Counted from the first letter of the whole stretch, positions 1 through 12,512 are shown. The stretch is 63,975 bases of DNA, filler included, from Octopus bimaculoides (GCF_001194135.2; 8 parts of 8 records of this genome joined end to end with filler, not necessarily neighbours in it), one strand, 5' to 3'. Notes: generated from the letters alone by a model not told the origin. Translations and numbers: made by a program.

Positions 1-198
1 TGTCTTTTTCTAATCTTTTCACCACATAGAATCGTTGAGATTCTTGCGGATGCATAGTACAGGTGGTTGAGATCTGTAATATCAACATCATTAGCTGAAA
101 TTATATCCTTAAGTGCAAGGCGGATTTTCCCAATTATTTTCAGTACTGGGGGTGGTTTGTGTTCCCACCAGTTTTTATCATGGGGCAAGTCCAGATTA

Positions 199-201
<3 letters not shown>
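1..201 (-). mobile_element. 5'-truncated non-LTR retrotransposon ORF remnant, probably R4/Dong-like
   Basis: The minus frame is open to the window edge: KNNLDLPHDKNWWEHKPPPVLKIIGKIRLALKDIISANDVDITDLNHLYYASARISTILCGEKIRKR. The ITDLNHLYYAS motif resembles the pre-RT region of R4/Dong-type ORFs as I recall it. It starts directly after a (TAA)n tract. Confidence 0.5.

Positions 202-268
<67 letters not shown>
202..268. repeat. (TTA)n microsatellite
   Basis: Direct reading. It explains the poly-L/Y/I ORFs at 67-365. Many other (TA)n, (TG)n, (TTA)n, (TC)n, (TCTA)n and (CTT)n tracts occur and are not listed individually. Confidence 0.95.
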
Positions 269-2465
269 GTATCAGTCAACGGACGGTACATGTAGGCTAA
301 TAGAAGAATTAAGAAACTTCCTTTGCGGGGAGCGATATAGGCTATTCTACAAGACAGTTGTATAAGTATCGACGCTTTTATTTGCATCATCTACAGGAGG
401 CAGTGGAATTTCCGAAAATACTTTTCCGATGGTTTCAACAACTGCACTCACTTGCAGCTCATCAGCTTTCGAAATGTTAGCGGCTAAGTTGGCCCCAGGT
501 GAAGTGCGAGTTGAAAATGCAAAGAGGTTCATCAAATATCAAAAGACATGGAAAGGTTACTCGTATAAACTTGCACAACAAACTCCATAAGAAAGTATAT
601 GAGATGATACGTTTGTTAACATTATTACTGAGTCAAATGTTCATAGAGCTATATACATTGGATATCATACAATTGTCTTTCATATACTCAATCTATATTT
701 AAGCAGAACATCACTCTAGTCGAAAGAGTTATGTACTTCCTTGAATTGAATACGCATTCTACTCGAACAGAAACACTTATTGTATACCCTTCACTTAACA
801 AACACATCTGCATTTAGTATTCTAGTCATAAGTAACACACATGATGTACAAATATCCACTGGGCCACAAAGGTACTTCACTTATAGTCAAGCTTTTCTCA
901 ATAATTTAGTAACTACATTACAGTTTTATCTGTTCAATTACCTGAATTGTACTGACTCCATTCTAAATCACATTGTAATAGCCATGACTCTTCACACGAC
1001 ACATTCTATGTAGTTTAATCTGTTTAAGATTTCTCCAAGAATGACATCTTTAATTTACTATCACGTTTTAATATTAACAAATTTGGAATATGTATAAATT
1101 AGATTTAATCTGTTAAATACTTTTCTTTTTAACTCGAAGAACGCGGCTGATAAAATAACAAATACGTGAGTACCTTTCTAAAGAATATTTCAAAAACACA
1201 CTACATGCAACGCTGGTGCACTGGAGATGTTACTACCTTCTTCTGACTAGCATTCTGAACATGTTCTTCCCGTCTATCTAGCGTTACTTCAGCGGGTCTA
1301 TTTCTTATGTTTTAGCAAGCCAGTTGACTTGCATATCTTTTCTCACTAATACAAACTCCTTCTCAAACATCTTTCCCTCTCTATACTCACCAACTCTTAA
1401 ATTTCAGTTGAATAAATATATTGACTAAGTATGTCCACAAATATCATTAACCACAACTTTCAAGCGTCATCTAAAATTTCATAAGCGAAAAGGAAATTCT
1501 GCAGGAAAAAAAAAAATGTAATCGCATATATTAACCCTGAAAATTTAAATGACATACTATCAAACTCAACTTTATGTAAACAGTGATAAAACATAGCGAT
1601 GTATCGGAAGGATCAATTATAATTAGGCAAATTTTACAGTTCGAAGAATAAATCTAAAACTATAAACAAAAAATGCATTACGTTTGATGTGCACTTCAAT
1701 ACCAAAGAAAATAATATATCTACCTTTACAGATGGCATTTAGTTTCCAACATAGTTTCTTTCTTATTTACATATCCTTTTTTAAATGTAATTTATCATTA
1801 TCAATGCCGTAACGTAAAAAAAATATTCTCCTTCTCAAATTCAAAGATTTTACATCAGGAGTGAAAACTTAAAAATAAAATAAAAACAACGAATACACTG
1901 ATAGAAAGTAACCGCTGAAAAACAAACTATGACATTTTCCGTTTGAAACTCGATGTTATTTAGTACACCGTTATACAGAATCAGGTGCACAAACAAACAT
2001 ATTTCCTTTTGTATTCACTTAGTCAAAAGAACGAAGGTCACAATACCAAATACATAAAGAGTGATAAGAAAAACGGAAATTCGACATACTAATTACAATA
2101 TGTATGAAATCAATACTTATTTCTTATTACACGTATTCAAATAGTTGCATTCATATTACTTTAAATGTGGTTTCTCTCGTGAACAGCATTCCCATTTCGT
2201 GTATACATGAAACTATCAAATGTATGGTTGTATAAAGGGATATGCTTAGTTTCTTTTGAAAAATAAAGCAAAAGAAAGTTTAGAAAGGCAGTTTATTTAA
2301 CCTATGTATCATTGCTAATTTGATACCTACATGAAAATATCGTCATTTATACAAATATATTCAGATATATTTTATGTGTAGAATGGTAAGAACAGTGCCA
2401 TATACATCAGTTATGTGAACATGCATTCACATTGATACAAGTACACAGGTTTTCAGATTTGCTAA

Positions 2466-2510
<45 letters not shown>

Positions 2511-3814
2511 GTCTATCTATCTGTCTGTCTGTCTGTCTATCAGTCTATCTGCCTGCCTGTCTGTGTGTCTATGTATTTCTGAGCCTATATGCGTATGAGT
2601 GTTTGTAATATATTTATAAATGTAAATGTTACTTATTTCATGTATCTGTGAAAGCTGTCAGAAACTTATGTATCGCAACAATAGCAGTTATGAATATTAC
2701 CAGCCAGCTACAAAAGATCAAGTTGGATATCACTGCGCAAAAACTTCAGAAAATAACTGTACCATTATTTCGGGTGAACTTGACTTTTGTTAGGGACACT
2801 GACTATTCTGGAAATTTAAACTGGCCTCGAATGACGTGAAGCATTAATTGGAAAGTGTTGCTGATGTAGCGAACGACAAAATTGCTTTCACCAAAATATG
2901 TCGTCCAACAGTCAGGGTCTGCTACTTGGTGACAGATGCTTTCACAAACTGAAGTAGTGATCGGCAAGTAGAGGCAAACAAAATATCAAACAGGATGTTA
3001 TTTCCAATTGCTGACTCAAATGCCCGTGAGATATTAAGATTGTGATAGGGTGTTTGTGGACAACCTCACGATGTTTGTAAAACGGTTAGTCAAATTTTAT
3101 CCACCAAAATTAAGGCCATACTGCAGCAGTTCTTACATGGTGAGTGTAATTTCTTCATCCAGGTTCTGGTGTCTGTCAAAAGTTTATTATATGATTTACA
3201 GTTTGTTATAGCTTGTTTTTATTATAACATATTATCATAGACTTTTATGTTCACGGTTGTTAGTTGGATAATTCCTTTGTGCTAGTCATTAATCATTCCA
3301 AATATTTTAGAAACGGATATTAGTGTATGGTATATCAACAATAGTGGATATATAATTGATGCAGATATTGTGGTTGCATGTTCTGGAACAATCTTACGGG
3401 ATATGTTTGGTACATTTAAATTATCCCCAACTATTTAGGGAATTAATATGGCATTAAAAAATAAACACAGTATATTTCCTCTATAAATTTACTATTTCCA
3501 ACTTCTGCATATTGGTGAGAATATATTTATGACATGCAGAAATGATGTGATGATCCTCAGTAACTTTCATATTACACTTGTAGTCTATTGAAACAATAAT
3601 CTCTACATTCAGTGCGTTCAAGTCCGTCTATTTACATTAAGCACTTTTCTCAAGGACCAAAGTCTTTTGTGAAATTGCTAACATAGCATAAGATCATTAC
3701 AAGCAATCGTTTCACGATTCTTTATCCCATCTATTTTATTCGATGGATGAATTGGTTCGATCTTCTTCTGCTTTGATATTATGAAGTTTGTATGTATTTA
3801 TAAGTTTGTATGTA

Positions 3815-3853
<39 letters not shown>

Positions 3854-3953
3854 NNNNNNNNNNNNNNNNNNNNNNNNNNNNNNNNNNNNNNNNNNNNTTA
3901 ATTAATTAANNNNNNNNNNNNNNNNNNNNNNNNNNNNNNNNNNNNNNNNNNNN

Positions 3954-4060
3954 CCACCACATTAGCAGAGCGTGACACCCTGTCAAAAGCCAAATGTACC
4001 ACCTTCCTATACTAGTACCACATTGGAAATCTGTTAAGTCACTCTTCCTCAAGAGTGACC
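3954..4060 (-). mobile_element. Possible Tc1-like transposase N-terminal remnant
   Basis: Minus frame KSDLTDFQCGTSIG resembles the Tc1 N-terminal (D/E)L(S/T)DFQRG-IVG motif. The match is short and cut by a gap. Confidence 0.3.
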
Positions 4061-4849
4061 AGTGAGCAAAATAATCTCTCTTCTGCTGGTACCACAAAAA
4101 TATGCCCAATACAGATTGTATAGTGGTCAGCAGAGAATGTATGGGGTTCTAAGATCCTATTATTCAAACTGATTAGTGTTGGTGCTACTAGAAAATGTGC
4201 CAAATTCACTCTGAAAAACGGTTGGCAAAATGAAGGGTGGTGAATATGTTAATAATATAGAAGAATTTGAAGTAATTTCACTTTGCATCATTGTTATATT
4301 GTCCACTTTCCANNNNNNNNNNTTTGTAGAGGCAGATTTTCTATGGCCATATACTTTTTCTATTATCAACCTCGTTTCTAAGCTACGTAGTATTTTCCTG
4401 CAGAATGAACATGTTTCCATATGAAAGATTGCAAACAAACAACACTGATGATTTCATTTCATTACAATTCGTATGTCAAAACAAGAAGACATTCTTATGC
4501 ATAAATATGCATACACACATGCTATTTTACCAACAACGTCAAATTCAGATAAGGTGCCTTTTCACTTTTTCAAAATATGCTGAATAAATTAGTTAAGACC
4601 ATTCTGAAACAATGCTTTTATTAAAAATTTCATAGTGTATATTATTTCACTGTTGTGGATGTAATTTCAGTTTTATAAAACAGTGTTGAGAGGTCCTCAT
4701 TACCATGTTTAATCATATTTCCTGTAAGGATATATTTACAGTTATATGAAGTAGTTTTTATATGGATCGACTTGAAATTGATGGTTGCTTTTCTGTATGA
4801 ATAAACACATGAACTATTGCTTCTTTGAAAGGTGTACTTGTCACAGATA

Positions 4850-6054
4850 TCAGTTATATCGCTTTTTGCCAATATNNNNNNNNNNNNNNNNNNNNNNNNN
4901 NNNNNNNNNNNNNNNNNNNNNNNNNNNNNNNNNNNNNNNNNNNNNNNNNNNNNNNNNNNNNNNNNNNNNNNNNNNNNNNNNNNNNNNNNNNNNNNNNNNN
5001 NNNNNNNNNNNNNNNNNNNNNNNNNNNNNNNNNNNNNNNNNNNNNNNNNNNNNNNNNNNNNNNNNNNNNNNNNNNNNNNNNNNNNNNNNNNNNNNNNNNN
5101 NNNNNNNNNNNNNNNNNNNNNNNNNNNNNNNNNNNNNNNNNNNNNNNNNNNNNNNNNNNNNNNNNNNNNNNNNNNNNNNNNNNNNNNNNNNNNNNNNNNN
5201 NNNNNNNNNNNNNNNNNNNNNNNNNNNNNNNNNNNNNNNNNNNNNNNNNNNNNNNNNNNNNNNNNNNNNNNNNNNNNNNNNNNNNNNNNNNNNNNNNNNN
5301 NNNNNNNNNNNNNNNNNNNNNNNNNNNNNNNNNNNNNNNNNNNNNNNNNNNNNNNNNNNNNNNNNNNNNNNNNNNNNNNNNNNNNNNNNNNNNNNNNNNN
5401 NNNNNNNNNNNNNNNNNNNNNNNNNNNNNNNNNNNNNNNNNNNNNNNNNNNNNNNNNNNNNNNNNNNNNNNNNNNNNNNNNNNNNNNNNNNNNNNNNNNN
5501 NNNNNNNNNNNNNNNNNNNNNNNNNNNNNNNNNNNNNNNNNNNNNNNNNNNNNNNNNNNNNNNNNNNNNNNNNNNNNNNNNNNNNNNNNNNNNNNNNNNN
5601 NNNNNNNNNNNNNNNNNNNNNNNNNNNNNNNNNNNNNNNNNNNNNNNNNNNNNNNNNNNNNNNNNNNNNNNNNNNNNNNNNNNNNNNNNNNNNNNNNNNN
5701 NNNNNNNNNNNNNNNNNNNNNNNNNNNNNNNNNNNNNNNNNNNNNNNNNNNNNNNNNNNNNNNNNNNNNNNNNNNNNNNNNNNNNNNNNNNNNNNNNNNN
5801 NNNNNNNNNNNNNNNNNNNNNNNNNNNNNNNGAGTAGTTAAGTTACTGGTTTGGGAGAATGATTTACCACAGATATCACAGGGATATGGTTTTTCTCTGA
5901 CAGGAACACATTTGTGAGTAGTTAAGTTACATTCCTGAGAGAATGAATTATCACAGATATTACAGTAGTACGTTGTTTTTTCTTTGGTTGTCAGTATTTC
6001 ATCAGGAAGATAAATTCTTTCAAACTCTGTTTTACATTCAACTTCGTTCTCCAT
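4850..6054 (-). CDS. C2H2 zinc-finger protein (tandem finger array mostly hidden in N-gap 4876-5831)
   Basis: ATG at 6054 with an in-frame TGA just upstream. MENEVECKTEFERIYLPDEILTTKEKTTYY is followed by CNICDNSFSQECNLTTH, an EKPY linker and CDICGKSFSQTSNLTT. After the gap, a linker-like frame (H)IGKKRYN ends at TGA 4852-4850. The 3' end is uncertain because frame across the gap is unknown. Confidence 0.85.
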
Positions 6055-6411
6055 AATATCTCTTCACTGTCACTTTACTCTTGTTCAATTTTCGAAGCAA
6101 AATATTTCTGCTATCAATCAACTATTTACTTTGTCAATTTCACAAGATGCAGCAATTCCCTTTGTAAATTTGTCCAAATTTAATCAGAATGCAGAATATT
6201 CTTGTATGTGTTCCAAACAGTGAAGTAAAGTGACTATGCTTTTACTCTCATTTCACAAGAGATATTTCATTTCATTGTAGTTCTATCATAGATTTATGCA
6301 TACAGGGTTATATCTATTGTGTAAGGCATCTTCTTTTCCTCTTTAAACATTTGTATGTACTGATGATGCATCCAAAGTAATATTTCTTTTACACCAATGT
6401 CATCCTTTCTT

Positions 6412-6435
6412 CTGAAACAATAGAGAAACAGTATA
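6412..6435 (-). other. Candidate splice acceptor opening the ZNF 5'UTR+CDS exon
   Basis: Minus strand ttttatactgtttctctattgtttcAG|aagaaagg, with AG at 6413-6412, about 360 nt upstream of the ATG. Confidence 0.45.
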
Positions 6436-6871
6436 AAATATTGAGGATGCAAAACTTATAAAAACTTATAACTCCATTAAACAATTTGATAAAAAAANNN
6501 NNNNNNNNNNNNNNNNNNNNNNNNNNNNNNNNNNNNNNNNNTTAATTAATTAANNNNNNNNNNNNNNNNNNNNNNNNNNNNNNNNNNNNNNNNNNNNGGG
6601 GGAAAAAAATCACAATCTTAATGAAAATGATTCTACTTTAATTACAACTACATTTCACTGAAGAACCATTTAATAATTCACAGTGTTGTTCCAGTTCAAT
6701 TTAAACACACACACACACACACATTTCATCCCATTCACTAAATTTCTGATATTATTGTATAAGATTGGCCTTATCTGTATGACTGACTGCTGGTTCAAAC
6801 GGGAATGAATCATAGAAACGACATGCTACATTCACACAATTTACAAATAAATCATTTCACATAAGGGACTA

Positions 6872-6960
6872 TTAACCTTTTTGGTACGAACCCAGCTGAA
6901 ACTGTCTCTGTAGTACAAATGTCTTCTTTTCAAAAGTTCTGAATTAAAATCTTCTACCAA
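6872..6960 (+). mobile_element. piggyBac-like (TTAA) MITE end
   Basis: Begins TTAA|CCTTTTTGGTACGAACCCAGCTGAAAC...GTACAAATGTCTT. It is the reverse-complement homolog of 17190-17250, and its aattaaaatcttc-accaaac segment recurs near 10440. Confidence 0.5.
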
Positions 6961-7548
6961 ACGCATACACACCCTGCCCAGACATTTATAAGACACATAC
7001 AGACACTCACACACCACCCTAACCAATGCAACACATATGCCCTAACAAATAACCCACACCATTCCGACAAAGATAACACTCACATACACACACTTCCCTG
7101 ATAAATATAACACACATACACTTAAACTCGCTATTTGCATTTCCCAGAAAAACAACACAAATACACAGTTCTTTACTTATGAGTCGTACAAACCCCAAAA
7201 CTACTGAATCATAACAGAGCTAGCTCACCAAAAAAGCCTTCCTTAGTGCCACAATTATTATTCGAAATCAGAACAATCGTGAACTACCTTTTGACCATGT
7301 GACTACCATCAACCACCCACACTGTTTTTAAAGAGAAAGCATTTCTAAGCCACCTTTTTTTTTAAAACACAGAACCATTTTTTTACCATGTGACTGCCAT
7401 CAACCAACACATTGTTTTTTAAAAAGAAGGCAATTTTGAGCCACCATTTCTGTATAAAATTACAGTAACTGTCAAATTCCATCCAGATGTTAGACTCTAC
7501 AGTAGATCCAAGAATTATAAATAGTCTGTTATTTCTCTACTCACCTTT

Positions 7549-7919
7549 TTTTACCTCTGCCTTAGCAAAGACAGAGGTCTTGTTTTCAGTCATGTTTGTT
7601 TGTTTGTCCATGGACAAGATATCTCAAGAACTGCTGGATGGATTTGGATGAAACTTTCAGGGATGTTTGGCCTAGCTGCTGGCACGAACTGATTAGGTTT
7701 TGGGATCGATCCAGTACCGGACAAGGATTCTGGATTATTTTCCCTATTTTTTTTTACTTAATTTTTGAGAGTGGTCGGGTTCATTTTTAGTATTCTCGTT
7801 TGTGAGAGCATTCGAGTCTATTTCAGATATTCTCATTTTAAAAATCATCTCTGGGTAATCGTTGAGAGGATGTTGATGTTGCCTTGGCAGAGGATTGCGC
7901 TCTCTGAATGCTCTTGTTT
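7549..7919 (+). mobile_element. Kolobok-like non-autonomous DNA transposon
   Basis: ttACCTCTGCC...GAGGTcttgttttc start, ggatggatttggatgaaactttcaggga core and ttGGCAGAGGattgcgctctctgaatgctcttgttt end. This layout matches Kolobok-type MITEs as I recall them. Confidence 0.5.
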
Positions 7920-8369
7920 ACAATTTAAGATGCTGCAAACAATTATAGTTTCTGATCACAGTGAGACTAAAACTTTAGCATCCACTGATTGACAAACCAG
8001 ACATGTTTTATCTTCTTGTCAAAAACTCTATTACTTGATTTGAATATACTTATGTTAACTAATTTTTATCTTCTTAACATTGTAAAAAAATGTTATTACC
8101 CGTTCTGAATGTTTTTACGTTAATTATTCTTTTGACTCATCACAGAGGATACGCAAAGCATCAAACTGTTTTCCTATCATTGTCAAACACTATCACGTAA
8201 TTTGAATACATTTATCTAAAATAATTTTTGACACCACAGAAGATACACAAGGCTTCACACTTTACTTCTGAAAATCTTTTTAAGTAGGTGGAACTCGTTA
8301 AGTTAAATACTTTTTAAAAAACTCCTGCATTTTCAAATTCTTTTCTTTATATATACATATATATATATA

Positions 8370-9298
8370 TGTAGTTATATATTAACAAATGCGAGCGTAG
8401 CAGAAAACACCTCTTTCGCGCCTGCTGTGTCATCACCTGACTGACTTTTATTTACGCAGCAATTGTCTCCAGTCCTTTCGCCCCAGGACGCAAACCGACC
8501 AACCGTAGCCACTGATAAGGTCATGTGAGAGAGTGTTTTACTGATGCTTTCTGGAGCCTCTATTTTCCTATAAATAGCCTGCTAGATACCCGCCAATTCG
8601 TCGCGGCCACAGATCTGGTCGTTGACCACACGCGTAACACAGCCAGCCAGTTCCAGCGACGACATCAACAGCATCGTTCAACTACGTACTACCAGCACCG
8701 TCGCCAGCGTCAACATGACTTTTCCACGTACACAAGCAACCGCAGCTTCTCTTCTCAACACTGTTTGTGTGAATCGCCTCACCACGAAATTAACAGCCAG
8801 AACTTAACCTGCGAAGAACATCTGTATCAAGAATCCGGCCCGGCATCGAAGCCTCAACATCACGACAAGTGACTTAGCTCTGCCTTAACCTTAACCTCTT
8901 ACATACAGACCTACAATCTAACTGTGTACCTCAACAGAACTGATATTGCCTTATCCGTGTTACTGACTCTTATCTACACTCTGTGACTCTTACATACACA
9001 TACTCTTCTGTTTACATGACGGCCAGTCTTATATTGTGTTTTATTATGTCGCATTCACTCACACACAGACATACAGTTTAATGCTCTAATAAATCTTATT
9101 GCTATACATTTTTATCGGTTGCGTTCCTATCTTTTATCTTACTGGCATTCCATCGCATTCCACATGCGAATTCTCTATGTTATAGTATTATAACATATAT
9201 CATTATATTTTGTGTCGACCGTGCGACGCGTTAAAAAGGAGCCTGTTTTCCATTCGTCACCATTTCTCCTTTGGTTCGCACGGTCATTCTTACATACA
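8370..9298 (+). mobile_element. Solo-LTR-like element inserted in a (TA)n tract
   Basis: GC-richer island bounded by TGTA (8370) and TACA (9294/9298) with TATA on both flanks. It has TATAAATA at 8569-8576 and AATAAA at 9088-9093. No gag/pol is visible. Confidence 0.55.
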
Positions 9299-9543
9299 TA
9301 TATATATATATATGAGAGTATTGTAGTTCGCTTGAAGCACTGTGTATTGTTTGTAAAGAATAAAAAGTTTAGAATGGTACAGCAATGCACTATAGAACAA
9401 AAAATGGACTGTATACTTGTTATTAAATAATGTGATATTGGGTAATTGCAGGGAATTTTTCTGGATCCAGGTAAAGCTGTTCTGGAATGATATATAGATC
9501 ATTGAGAAGATTGCTGGTTTTGTGTCTTATCATATATACAGGG

Positions 9544-9923
9544 TGGAGGCGCAATGGCCCAGTGGTTAGGGCAGTGGACTCGCGGTCATGGGATCGTGGT
9601 TTCGATTCCCAGACCGGGCGTTGTGAGTGTTTATTGAGCGAAAACACCTAAAAGCTCCACGAGGCTCCGGCAGGGGATGGTGGCGAACCCTGCTGTACCC
9701 TTCCATCACAACTTTCTCTCACTTCCTGTTTCTGTTGTACCTGTAATTCAAAGGGTCGGCCTTGTCACACTGTGTCACACTGAATATCCCCGAGAACTAT
9801 GTTAAGGGTACACGTGTCTGTGGAGTGCTCAGCCACTTGCACGTTAATTTCACGAGCAGGCTGTTCCGTTGATCGGATCAACTGGAACCCTCGACGTCGT
9901 AAGCGACGGAGTGCCAACAACAA
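9544..9923 (+). mobile_element. Full-length tRNA-derived SINE with 13-bp TSD
   Basis: A-box TGGCCCAGTGGTTAGG, B-box-like GGTTTCGATTCCC and a (CAA)n tail. A perfect direct repeat CATATATACAGGG lies at 9531-9543 and 9924-9936. Confidence 0.9.
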
Positions 9924-10079
9924 CATATATACAGGGTTTTCTGACTTTTTTTTTTTTTAGTCTCCTTGTTTTCAGGAACAGCTTGATGTATTGGTGAATA
10001 GTCAATGGTGTTGGAGAGTATAAAGTTGTAGTTGAGAAAAAGTTAGCTGACATGGGTGGGCTGGAAAAAAGTTACCGGT

Positions 10080-10272
10080 TTCATGGAAGATTTTAATGCC
10101 AGGCATTAAAATGCTGACATGATTCCTGCTCAGTGCTCTCTGAACACTGTCAAGGCTGTAAGACATGATAAAGAAACCAAATTCCCCCAAACTGTAATGG
10201 TCTTTAAATGCGCCTCTGATAAGGGAGACATCATCATTGAATAAGGCCTTCGGCTCAATTCAGACGATTATG
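10080..10272 (+). mobile_element. DD37D (maT)-type Tc1/mariner transposase remnant
   Basis: Plus frame ...KETKFPQTVMVFKCASDKGD...GLRLNSDDYV matches the TKFP-VMV-G-VS-G...GLR-N motif also seen at 39100-39230. It carries stops and is interrupted at 10273 by a repeat. Confidence 0.7.
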
Positions 10273-10420
10273 TGAGCGTGGTCGTTGCCAGTACCGCCTG
10301 ACTGGCCTTCGTAGGATTTTCGAGTGAGATCGTTGCCAGTGCCCCTGGACTGGCTCTTGTGCGGGTGGCACATAAAATACACCATTTTGAGCGTGGCCTT
10401 TGCCAGTACCGCCTGACTTA
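10273..10420 (+). repeat. Internal tandem subrepeats of an RTE-tailed SINE family
   Basis: Three degenerate copies of gagcgtgg-cgttgccagtaccgcctgactgg. The ggtggcac-taaaa-acc linker is shared with 13165-13340 and 18083. Confidence 0.6.
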
Positions 10421-11193
10421 TCTTGCTTTCATAAGTTTTGAATTAAAATCTTCCACCAAACATTAGTCACAATTTATGTTCCTAACATTAGCTTAATGAT
10501 AACGAAGTTATTTTACTAAATTCTTTGTTATACTTAAAGTAATTGAAAAAAAACATGGAGCATCTCAACAGAAATACAGTAATTACTCAATTTTTTCAGT
10601 ATTTTTTTTTTTTATACCAAAAAGGCTCCTCCCATGGTTTTGAAGTGCTAAACATTTGGCCCAAATCAGTCTGGAGTGTGATGATGATAGGGGTGTGGTT
10701 GTACAAAAAAAAAAAATGTTTCAAACTTTTTTTCATAAAAAGATGTTCCTCGCCCACATCATTTTGAAGGCTATGGTTTAAAAAAAAAGGAGAAAATGCC
10801 TAACAAAAAAGAGTAGTTCCAACTAATTTGGCTTTCCTGATCTGAAACTTCGTGTTTTGAAAATCCTCTCCCCCACCACCTCAGAAAAAAGTTTCCCCAC
10901 AAATTTCTTATTAATCGTAATCTATGCCATCTGATATTCGTATAAAATTTCAATGAAAGATATCCATTTTCCTAAAAGTTATGAAGGAACAAATTGGATC
11001 ATGTGAATTTTCCAACACTCCTCTCCTTAGCTCTTCAAAAAAAACTCTTTTCCATAAATCCACAGCACCTAAGCGATATCTGTTGAAAATTTTGTTAAAA
11101 GTTATCCATTTTTCTGGAAGTTATGAGGCAACAAAGTCAGTGAGGGGGGGAGGTACACATCTATAGTTATGCCAGTTTTGTTTGTGGTTAGCT

Positions 11194-11488
11194 CAGTGTT
11201 TCTCAACCTTTTATGTAACCCCTAAAATAAATTATAAGTCTCAAGGAACCCCTGCACAATAAAAAATTATATACCATATTTTTCTCATATTGTTTTCCAT
11301 CGTAGTTCACGTGGTAAATATATGGATATTTTTGTTAAATTTTTTTGATAACATAATAGGTTAGATAATATGATGTCTATATTACAATAAACAATAATAC
11401 TTTGTGCATGTCTAGTAATATTACAATCACGAAATTAGCATTAGCTTATCTCACTCTTTCTCACGGAAACCCCGATTGAGAAACGCTG
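11194..11488. mobile_element. hAT (Charlie-like) MITE
   Basis: TIRs CAGTGTTTCTCAA / TTGAGAAACGCTG, with an 8-bp TSD GGTTAGCT (11186-11193) versus GGTTAACT (11489-11496). Confidence 0.8.
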
Positions 11489-12170
11489 GGTTAACTGAAT
11501 CATCATAAAATTCACTTTCATTTCAAGGCTATGTTGAAATCAGCTTCAACATTTTTTATAACCAGAACCGTCAGCAACCCAACAGATCACAGGCAGTCTG
11601 GTTTTATGCATAAAAGCAAGTTTTTTCTGAAGAAGCTCACAAGAATCACTTCTCTCTCAACTAATTCTTCTACATTTTTCAATAAAAAGGAACCAAAATA
11701 ATTTTGTTTTATTTTGTTTTGTCTTTTTTTTTTTAATAGTAAATTATGTTTTTACTACCAGTTCCTGCAAATTCAAATTCAAAGAGAAAGAGAGAGAGGA
11801 GAAAGAGCAGAGAGGAGGAGTGAGAGAGGATGGAAGAGAAGAGACAAAATAAAACTGAAATGTGAAGATGTCTAGAGTGAGAAAGAGAATGTAAGACAGA
11901 GAGAGGACAGGTTCATGTTTGTCCATAACAGATGTTTACTGCAAATGTGTGTACATCTATGTATATGTGTAAAGCTAGGATACATATACACACACACACA
12001 TATAAGTGTATATATACATAAGTATATACATATATGTAAATATATATACTACATAAATATGAATATATATATATATATATAAGATATATAAATGTATAAT
12101 ATATATATAAATGTCTATATTATATACATTTATATATGTAAATATATAATATACATATAAATGCATATAT

Positions 12171-12218
<48 letters not shown>

Positions 12219-12319
12219 TGGACACATACATACAAACACACACAGATACACTTGCGCACACACACTGCCATACATACACACGTACATATATATATATATA
12301 TATATATTTACACACACTG

Positions 12320-12512
12320 CTAAGAGTTTGTACCACAACATGACAGCAGCTCCTGGTAGGGGCTATCTGGTTGAGCAACATACTGGAATGTAGAGTGAAA
12401 AGCGCGCTCCTGATTTTCGTCCAGCTGCCGGCGGAAGTCCAATGCAGCTAGGCAGAAAAGTTTACAGTCCATCGTCTCCATTTTCCCCATTCGTCCAAGA
12501 ACGTGTGGAAAT
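12320..12512 (-). CDS. HTT: Huntingtin, terminal coding exon
   Basis: (L)FPHVLGRMGKMETMDCKLFCLAALDFRRQLDENQERAFHSTFQYVAQPDSPYQELLSCCGTNS* aligns to the human HTT end [26 protein letters not shown]...PGSPYHRLLTC. Length is 193 nt = 1+64 codons, matching the upstream phase. The stop is TAG 12322-12320. Confidence 0.95.

Noticed and set aside
270-590. Plus-strand frames (GYSTRQLYKYRRFYL...; ...EVRVENAKRFIKYQKTWKG)
   Set aside because: Only a superficial resemblance to bacterial DUF1016/YhcG wording. The frames are short and broken, with no second motif, and cannot be supported without a search.
2848-3200. Protein-looking plus frame with three stops (LESVADVANDK...)
   Set aside because: No recognisable motif, and the stop density is not clearly below chance.
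8525-8872. Overlapping ORFs of 115 and 61 aa
   Set aside because: They lie inside the LTR-like, GC-richer island and show no gag/pol or other motif.
10002-10190. Minus ORF MGEFGFFIMSY...
   Set aside because: It is the antisense of the plus-strand DD37D transposase remnant.
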